A stretch of DNA of 64,000 nucleotides, from the NCBI RefSeq assembly GCF_009914755.1, contig NC_060931.1, one strand, 5' to 3'. The notes beneath the pieces were generated by a model, which was given only the letters and a program-made list of their open reading frames with translations, did not search any database and had not been told where the DNA came from. Shown here in pieces: positions 51,252 to 64,000 of this stretch. The stretch's first letter is position 1, and each line of letters begins with the position of its first letter. The position numbers and the translations under genes are program-made. This stretch comes from the human T2T-CHM13v2.0 reference genome, Homo sapiens.

Positions 51252-53339
51252 ATAAGTATATATAATTAATTATAAATTATAACTGTGCTTAAAATTAGCT
51301 CATAAAATTCCTGAAATTCTGTTGAGCTGGTACATGCTTGCTGTAATCTACCATTGCAAGGGTCATGATGAGGCGAGTTCTATGAGCATGGAAACAAGTG
51401 GAAACTAGAACGAACTGCCCCTTGCAGAATGGAGAACACTGGCTGGGGGTGACACTGACAGGAACAGGAAGTGCACAGGAAGGATCAAGTCATACTTTCT
51501 CCTCTAGCCGCCCAGCCTCTCTCCAGCACTTCCTATTCCTGGGCTAACAGAGATCCAGTTGGCAAAGTACAAAGTTGGTTTCCAGAGATCTGAGAAGAGA
51601 ATAAAAGCGTAGGTGTGAAGCTGAGAGACAATATCTTAATATCCAAACACACTGGGTTTTTAGACAACTCTTCTAGGGACGTTTCAGTCTCTTTTTTCAG
51701 GTATCATTGGGTTTCCTTTGGACCACAAAGCTGTTTAGCCAAGGAAGCAGATATTTCTGGCTACTTATATTTTGTGACTTATTTTGAGAGTTTTATCTTT
51801 TTTTTTTATAAAGCATAATGTTATAATAAGTGTGCTGCATGTCACTTGTGCTCTATTCCCAAGAGTGGATTGACTGTATTCTCTGAAGATGATTTCTTGA
51901 TTTGATAATAAAAAAGTCTGGAAAAGTAGGATTTGGTATATGAAAATTTAATTTACAAAAACAACTTTTCAGGAACATATATGTTCTTTAAATACAGCAA
52001 GTTTCCCTTGTGATGTCTGGAAATCCACCAGTCTTCTTCAAAGGAAAAGCAACTTCTTAAAGAGGCTTTGAGTGCCAGGGAAGGATTAATTCACTCAATC
52101 ATATGCTGACTCCCTGTGTGGGTTAATTCTCTCCTTGCTAAGTAGCTTGAGATGAGTGAAATTGCTCTTCCCAGCTCCCAGAACCAGCCCAATATCTTTC
52201 CTGGAACCTCTGAGCATAGCACAGTCCCCCAGCACATTCACACTAATGATCCAAACTGCTACTGCAGCATCTGCTCTTATGACTTCTGGACTCACCAGTG
52301 AGTGGAATTCCAACCTGGGGGAGGCATTTCTGCAGGAGGTTGTCTTTCTTACTGCCTACAGACCATTTCATTACCTTCTTGGCCATCTTACTTCTAGCTT
52401 GTCCCTTAAAAACAAGTGAAAATGGAATTCTCCCCCACCCCACATTGTAAATGGAATACGCACATTGTAGAAATTTTCAAAGATAAAAACTGTTGTGGAA
52501 AACAAAATGTAATTTGAGGTCATGTGGTTTAAGTTTAAAGGAAAATGAATTAAATGCATGTGTTTGCTTAAAAGATGGTGCAAGTTTGTTTGTTTTTCTT
52601 TTCATAGAAATGTATATTGGGGAAAGTAAGCGAAATTTGATTTTAATAGTCCTTTTCTTCCTTGCCTGGGTCCCTGAGAGAGCCTAAAATTACCTGGATG
52701 GTACCCCACTGGGGTTCTTCACAGTCCTGCCAAGCAAACTTCCCTCTCCTTCATCTATTCTATGGGTGTCCTGCTCTTTGTCAGTTCAATTTTAAATGGT
52801 AGCCTAGTCTGAGAAGAATGATCCAGGTAGCCATTAGGCATAGCAAGAACACTTAGAGGAAGTGGAATGCCTCATTGGAATGGTTGTGAGCTAGGGCCTA
52901 GCGGGGCCGGTAGGCAGTAGATAAATTACTGCACTGGGTAGCAAATACTATGCAGCCTATTTGGAGAAAGAAAGTGGATGGGAGCTCATTGGAAGAAGAG
53001 ACTGGGAGTGTCCCTTCCCTTTCAGGTATTCCAACTCCTGTTTTCTGCCTTCCTCATGGTGGTCCTGGACCACAGTACCTGGCTCCTGCTTTCCCTGCCT
53101 CCACCTGTCTTCTCCACTCCCACCTGTGTGGCAGGCACATTAACATTTCAATCGCTTATCCCCTGCCCCTGTGACCTGCCCTTCCTATGTTGATCTTTTC
53201 CCCTGTCAAGTTTGGGTTGAGATGTGGCTTTAGAGGAAACTGAATAACTGCCGTAATTTTACTGAGGACAGGAAATGCTCATTGAAATCTGAGTGTTTTG
53301 ATCTAGAAGTCACTCCTGTTGTGTTCTTCAGCAAGGATT

Positions 53340-53560
53340 GAGAGATGGTATAATAGCAGTTAAAGCACAGACTTTGTCTTCAGACCTGGGTCCCAGTCTC
53401 AGCCCCATCAGTTACTTGCTGAGTAACCTTGAGCAAGTTCTAACCTCCCCAGGCATCAATTTCCTCCTGTGTAAAATATGGGTAAAAATACTGTTTTTAG
53501 AGTGTTTTCACTGTAAAAGAATAAAAGCAATAATATGTGTGGTGCCTACAGTGGTGTCCC
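53340..53560 (+). mobile_element. MIR
   Basis: cagacctgggt...ccttgagcaagtt...caatttcctcctgtgtaaaatatgggt. Confidence 0.7.
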
Positions 53561-55630
53561 CACATCTTAGTGATCACTCTGAAAATGGTAAGAAATATTT
53601 AGGATCTGATCTCAGGGAAGGAATGGATGTTGGTAAATATCCACACGCTGGGATAGGAGGCGAGAGTTGGGGCCAGGTGCCCCAGGGCATGCACTCTGAG
53701 AAGCTTGGCTTCTTTTGAAGAATTTTGAGTCATGACTGGCTGAGTTTTGAGCTGCTGACTTGTTACATGTACACATCAACTCCGTTCCTGAGATCTGGAG
53801 TGATAGGGACATTTTTTAAACCTTATACCCAGGCCTGAGATGTATCACTGGAAGGAAGCTGGAAAGGAGTAAAAAAGGGATTGTAGGGGGTCAATACCAG
53901 AGAGAGAGAGCGCGAGCAGACATTTAAAAAGCCAATGAGGTCATAAGAAGCAGCAAAATCATGTGACCTTCCAAGGTCAACGGCCTGTGCAGCTTGGGGT
54001 GTGGGTCAGGCATTACTGTTTGAATTCCTAACTGGCCCCGTGACCCAGGAACATCATGGATTCACTTTCCTCGTCTGTGAGATAGGGATGATACTGTCTC
54101 TCAGGATGATTCTCAAGATGAGAGGAGAGAATCATTGTGAACATGCTTTGATAAATAAAAGACCTATAGAAAAGAGTTTTGTATTATTGTCAAAGATGGG
54201 ACCAGAATGAATAGCCCCTTTCCTAACTTTACACATAATATAGGTCTTTGGGTTTCTTTGCTGAGAAACTACTGTTATCATCCATAAATGCAGATGCATT
54301 TTCAGTGTGAAGTTGAACTCGCAAGTAACCTTAAGGGTTGGGGAGAAGATCAATGACAGGAAGATGTGAGAAGTGGGAGAGGGCTTAATGTCGTGTATTA
54401 AATACTCTGTAATTTATGAAATATTTGTATTTTAGCAAATGCTTATTTAGCACCTACTTTGTGGCAGGCTCTGTACTCAATGGTAAAAGAGAGTCATGGT
54501 CCCTGCCGTGGAGATTAACCAGTAAGGAGTCATAGTGTCAAATGTTGTCCTCATTCCACTTCAACTACTCATTCCCAGAAACATAGGCTGGACATCAGCA
54601 TCACTTAAATCTGCCCCACCTTCAAAACCCCTATTGTTCAAAGTCATTTTAAAGATTTGATTGCCAAGCTTCTGTGGAGCCCTAATACTGCCCAGCAATT
54701 CCCTGCACATCCCTGGCCCACTTGTTCCCCTCCTCTCACATGCATTCTGTGCTTCCTCCCCTCTTCTCAGTCTTCCAACATCCCACCCCTACTCTCTGCT
54801 GATGAGTTTTCTTCTTGTTTTATTGAGAAAATTAGCACAGTCTGCAAAGAATGTTCAAAAGCTCCAACCAGCACCCTGACCTAATCTACCCACAGCCCTG
54901 TCTTCTTCCTGGCCACTACAGATGAGCAGGTCCTGGTTCAGCCTTAGACCAACCCTTCCACGGAGGCCTTGACCCCATCCCTTCTCTCCTACTCAAGGGT
55001 TCTGTTACAGTGGTTTTCACCACAGTCTCCTGGATTAATGATTTTTATTTCCTCTATTAATTTTATTTCTGCATTATGCTTACCATGCTGACAGCATTCA
55101 TACATGTTGCTATTTCTTCCATTTGAAAAAAAACCCTAATCTACTCTTGGCCCCATTCTCCTCTCCAGCTACCACTCTGTTTATTTCCTTCTCTTTATAG
55201 CAAAACTCCTAGAAAACTTGTCTATACTCACTGGTCCCAGTATTTCTCCTCCCATTCTCTCCCGAGCCCTCTCTCGAGCCTTTTCCAGTCTGTGGAAACT
55301 AATATTTCCAAGGTCACTGATGATGTCCAGGTTACCCTTCCAATGGTTATCCTCAGTTGTCCTCTAACCAGACCTACCAGATGTATTTAATTTGGTTCTT
55401 AACTCCCCCCTCCCTGAAGTATTTTGTTTTATCTTGGCTTCTAGGACACGTGTTTCTTCTGGTTCTCTTTCTTCCTCACTGGTCTGTCAGTCTCTTTTAC
55501 TGGCTTCTCCCATCTTCCTGTCCTCTAAACCTTGGAATGTCCCAGGGCCTCATGCTCAGGGCTTTTCTCTTTACGACCTTACTCACTCTCAGGGTAATCT
55601 CATTTAATCCTATTGGCTTTAAACACCATC

Positions 55631-55980
55631 TGCTATGGTTGGAATGTATGTGTCCCTCCAAAATTCATATTTTGGGAGCTAAGACCCAATGTGATAGTAT
55701 TAAGAGGCAGAGCCCTCATGAATGGGATTACCACTCTTATAAAAGACCTCAAGGGAACTAGCTAGGCCCCTCTATTGCCCTTCCACCTTCTGCTGTGTGA
55801 AGACACACCATTCAAGGCACCATCTTGGGAGCAGAGACTGGGCCCTCATCAGACACCAAACCTGTCAGCACCTTGATTTTTGACCTTCCATCCTCCAGAA
55901 CTGTGAGAAGTATTTTTATGTTCTTTATAGATTACCAAGTCTGTGATATTTTCTTATGCCAGCAGGAAAGGACTAAGGCA
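55631..55980 (+). mobile_element. MST (B/C/D-type) solo LTR
   Basis: TGCTATGGTTGGAATG...gagccctcatgaatgggatta...caaggcaccatcttgg...GACTAAGGCA. Confidence 0.9.
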
Positions 55981-56691
55981 TCATACATATGCTGATGGCT
56001 CAACATTTTTTATCTTCAGCCCTGACTGTCTTTAGAAATCCTTACCTTACAGCCTTTTAACGGTTCTAAAAGGTACCTCCAACCTACCAAGTCAGAACAG
56101 AGCTAGGGATTTTCCCCCAAACATACTCCTCCCATAGATTTTCCATCTCAGCTAAAGGTAAACTCCTTTCTTTCAGTTCCCCAGACTCAACACCATAGAG
56201 TTAACCTTGATTCCTTTTAAAATGCATATCCAAGCATTCAAGTTGTCAAAAAAGTTATAGTGATTCTACCTTCAAAGTTGAGCTAGGATCCAGCTACTTC
56301 TCACCACTACTGCTGCTCCCATCCTAGAGCAAATCACTGTTCTGCTTCACTTGAGTTCTCGCAGTAGCTTCCTGACTAGTCTCTCTGCTTCTACATTTGT
56401 CCCCCAACCAGCATATTCTTAACACAGCACCAAGAGTGATCCTGCTAAAATGTAAGGTCAGCCTTTTCTCTGCTCCAAAACTTCTGAAGTTTTTTACCTC
56501 CAAAAAAGTCAGATTTACTTCAATGGCTCTCTTTTACTTCTTTGACTTCACCTGCTCTCATTCTCTCCCTTGTTCACTCTGCTCCATCCACTTTGGCCAT
56601 GAATTCTACTGTCTTACAGGCTTTGCATTTCGGTTCCCTCTGCCTGGAACACTCTTTCCTCAGATAACCACATGGTCCACCCCCTCCATCT

Positions 56692-57468
56692 TGTATTGGT
56701 CAGGGTCCAATCAGGAGACAGGTCATATAATAATGTAAACACAGACAATTAAGTGTAAATATTAATGGGATTAGAGTGATCAGGGATTGCTACAGTAAGG
56801 AAGAGATGGGTAAAGTAAGTAAATAATTAAGTGGTAAAGAGAACTCTAGAAGAATAGCAGACATAGGGAGCAGCCACCACTGCTAGGACTGAGATCAGAC
56901 CTCAGAGTATCTATGGCTCGCTGCATGTCAGATAAACTGATTGAAGTAAAAGGCTGGCAGGAATCACTGAAATCACCATCTGGAGCTCTAGGGAAAACCA
57001 TCCACATAGAGGTACTTCCCCTCAGAACTCAGTGATAATCTGTCCACAGGGGTACTGTGAAGCCAGGCAAGAATTACCAAGCCTTTGGCACTCTGCTGCA
57101 AAGCCAACTGGGGGAGGCTGGCCTGAGAAAGCCATTCACAGGAGGTGTCCCACCATCATATTTCCATGGTGAAGTTACCTGAATGGATGTTAAAGGAAGC
57201 TACCTTTGGGAAGGCGCACATGCTGGTGCCACAAGGGAGCTACAGAAAAACAAAACACCCCCGCTACACGTTGACTAAATGAACACACCAGAACTAGGAA
57301 CAGAGGTGCCTTCCTTCTACTGTGTCCACCCCCACCATTCCAGTGACAAAGCTTAATATTGTGTTAACTGCAAAGGAGCAGTGCTAAAAGGGCTCATCCC
57401 CACTGTTGCAGAGCTGGTAATAAGGAGTGGATTGGCAGGTAAGAGGCCATCAAATCATAACTGGCACA
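56692..57468 (-). mobile_element. LTR78-like old LTR
   Basis: TG...CA bounded (tgtattggtcagggtccaatcaggagaca...ataactggcaca); L2 resumes on both sides. Confidence 0.5.
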
Positions 57469-57753
57469 CTTCCTTTAGATCTTTACTCAAAGATCTCAGT
57501 GATGCATTCCCTAGCTACCCAGTCAAAAAATTTGAACCACTGAAAGTTTCTAGCTCACCTGCCTTTTGAATTTTTCCTCTTTAGCACTAATCACAGATGC
57601 AATGTATATTTTATTTTGTCCATCTTGCTCCAACAAGAATTTAGGCTCTGTGAAGACAGATTTCTAACCTCTTTGTGCACTGCTACATTTCTAGTACTCA
57701 AAATAGAGTCTGATACTTGTTCAGTGCTCAGTGAATATTTGATGAGTGAATAA

Positions 57754-58083
<330 letters not shown>

Positions 58084-58534
58084 TCTACTTATTCCTAAAC
58101 TGCTTCTCCTGTAACCCTTCATCTTGATCTGGGTCCTTGACTGCTTACTCTTCCAATCAAACATCCTCTATTTCAACTGTTGCTTTATGTGGTTTTGGTT
58201 CAAAGCCCATGCTTTCTGAAACTTTCTAACCCATTTCCTAAGTTCCCTTGACCTTCTGTCCTTTCATTATCTCAATTGAAAAAGGAAAACCTGCATGAAC
58301 TCTTTTGTCCTTTTCTCTGTACTAGCAACACAGCAAATGAATGCTGCTGGAGAAAGTTACTCCACAGCATGGATTGACATCACCATAAATTCATCAACAA
58401 TGTTTAAAGGAGGCTCAAATTTCCCCTGAGGTCCTCCCATGTGTCTCACTTCACTTTCTGGGATGACCACTTCAAGCTCTTTCTATTCTCCTCCAATTGT
58501 GCCCTGCCACTACCTCTGCATTTGGTCTTGAGCC

Positions 58535-58735
58535 TGTGCTGTCCAATGTAGCAGCCCCCAGCCACATGTGCCTATTTATATTCATAGTCATTTAGAGAAA
58601 ATTAAAAATTCAGTTTCTTATTCCATTAGCCACATTTCAAGTGTCAATAGCCACATGTGGGTAGTGGCTACTATATTGGATGGCACAGATAGAGAACATC
58701 ACCATCGTTGCATAAGGTTCTGTCGGATGGCATTG
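58535..58735. mobile_element. MER3 (hAT-Charlie)
   Basis: gtgctgtccaat...agccacatgtg...tagccacatttcaagtg...gtagtggctactatattgga. Confidence 0.85.
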
Positions 58736-58991
58736 GTCTAGAATCTTCATTCACATGTAAAACTGGAGCTACCAAAAAGGAACTTGCTCCATGTCTTATC
58801 TTTATATCTATGCTGACCCAGCTAAGGTCATGCAGCCCATCTGTGCTCCAAAACCTGCCTGCCCATTTTCCCCTCTTTTCTCAGGAACTGTGACTATGAA
58901 ATATTCCTTCTTTTTCCTGCACATTTAATACATTTTGTCTCAATCAGGTCATTCATATGAGTATTTTTTTTTCTTTCTGCAATTAGCTTTT

Positions 58992-59035
<44 letters not shown>

Positions 59036-59241
59036 TATTATACTTTAAGTTTTAGGGTACATGTGCACCACGTGCAGGTTTGTTACATATGTATATATGT
59101 GCCATGTTGGTGTGCTGCACCCATTAACTCGTCATTTAACATTAGGTATATCTCCTAATGTTATCCCTCCCCCTTCCCCCCCCCCCACAACAGTCCCCAG
59201 TGTGTGACGTTCCCCTTCCTGTGTCCATGTGTTCTCAGTGT

Positions 59242-63060
<3,819 letters not shown>

Positions 63061-63123
63061 TATGATGTTAGCTAGTTATTTTGCTCATTAGTTGATGCAG
63101 TTTCTTCCTAGCCTTGATGGTCT

Positions 63124-64000
63124 TTACAATTTGGCATGTTTTTGCAGTGGCTGGTACTGGTTGTTCCTTTCCATGTTTAGTGCTTCCTTCAGGAGCTCTC
63201 TTAGGGCAGGCCTGGTGGTGGCAATATCTCTCAGCATTTGCTTGTCTGTAAAGTATTTTATTTCTCCTTCACTTATGAAGCTTAGTTTGGCTGGATATGA
63301 AATTCTGGGTTGAAAATTCTTTTCTTTAAGAATGTTGAATAGTGGCCCCCGCTCTCTTCTGGCTTGTAGAGTTTCTGCCAAGAGATCAGCTGTTAGTCTG
63401 ATGGGCTTCCCTTTGTGGGTAACCCGACCTTTCTCTCTGGCTGCCCTCAACATTTTTTCCTTCATTTCAACTTTGGTGAATCTGACATTTATGTGTCTTG
63501 GAGTTGCTCTTCTTGAGGAGTATCTTTGTGGCATTCTCTGTATTTCCTGAATCTGAATGTTGGCCTGCCTTGCTAGATTGGGGAAGTTCTCCTGGATAAT
63601 ATCCTGCAGGGTGTTTTCCAACTTGGTTCCATTCTCCCCATCACTTTCAGGTACACCAATCAGACATAGATTTGGTCTTTTCACATAGTCCCATATTTCT
63701 TGGAGGCTTTGTTTGTTTCTTTTTATTCTTTTCTCTGTAAACTTCTCGTTTCATTTCATTCATTTGATCTTCCATCACTGATACCCTTTCTTCCAGTTGA
63801 TCGAATTGACTACTGAGGCTTGTGCATTCATCACGTAGTTCTCGTGCCGTGGTTTTCAGCTCCATCAGGTCCTTTAAGGACTTCTCTGCATTGGTTGTTC
63901 TAGTTAGCCATTTGTCTAATTTTTTTCGAGGTTTTTAACTTCTTTGCCATGGGTTTGAACTTCCTCCTTTAGCTTCGAATAGTTTGATCATCTGCAGAGT
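63124..64000 (-). pseudogene. L1 ORF1 (RNA-binding protein), frameshifted near 63720-63750; N-terminus outside the window
   Basis: ORF pieces 63124-63684 (RPNL...QENFPNL...YPAKLSF) and 63647-63865 lie in different frames. Confidence 0.93.

Larger units (their letters stand above)
50278..51356 (-). mobile_element. MER63 (hAT-Blackjack) in three pieces (~50278-50350, 50760-50791, 51252-51356)
   Basis: gatagtaaaatg...gaagtaatgagttttgggtattta / tttaattgtaagt / aaaattcctgaaa...gagctggtac. Confidence 0.65.
50070..51652 (-). mobile_element. Old LTR78-like element (pieces ~50070-50260 and ~51360-51652) hosting nested inserts
   Basis: tattagtcaggg...tcagga...tttaatataagga start and gctgagagacaat...caca end; resembles the element at 56692. 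Confidence 0.4.

Overview
This is primate (simian, plausibly human) non-coding euchromatic DNA, intergenic or deep intronic. Transposon relics dominate: Alu (J and S types), L1 (old L1M fragments, a twin-primed L1MA, and a disrupted L1PA4-like copy running off the right edge), L2, MIR, many MaLR/ERVL solo LTRs (five THE1, plus MST, MLT1, MLT2) and DNA-transposon fossils (MER1B, MADE2, MER5A, Tigger2a, MER63, MER3). I recognise no intact cellular protein-coding gene, RNA gene or prokaryotic system. Almost all ORF-track entries are chance or repeat-derived; the only real protein homology is to broken L1 ORF1/ORF2. I cannot name the locus, and repeat subfamily names come from recalled consensus sequences, not a database search. 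The points of most interest are: (1) an orphan CpG island with CTCF/ETS/CCAAT motifs at ~26.1-26.5 kb, and two speculative plus-strand promoter/exon units (~9 kb and ~23.6-24.6 kb); (2) a ~320-nt homopurine tract ending in ~(GAA)23; (3) two convergent THE1 LTRs, each with a perfect DUX4 motif; (4) several locally templated rearrangement scars: a 110-bp inverted duplication, a 450-bp dispersed duplication, 57-, 49- and 22-bp duplications, a fold-back hairpin, and a telomere-like insert inside a MIR. The sequence alone does not demonstrate a new biological system; the findings are testable hypotheses.
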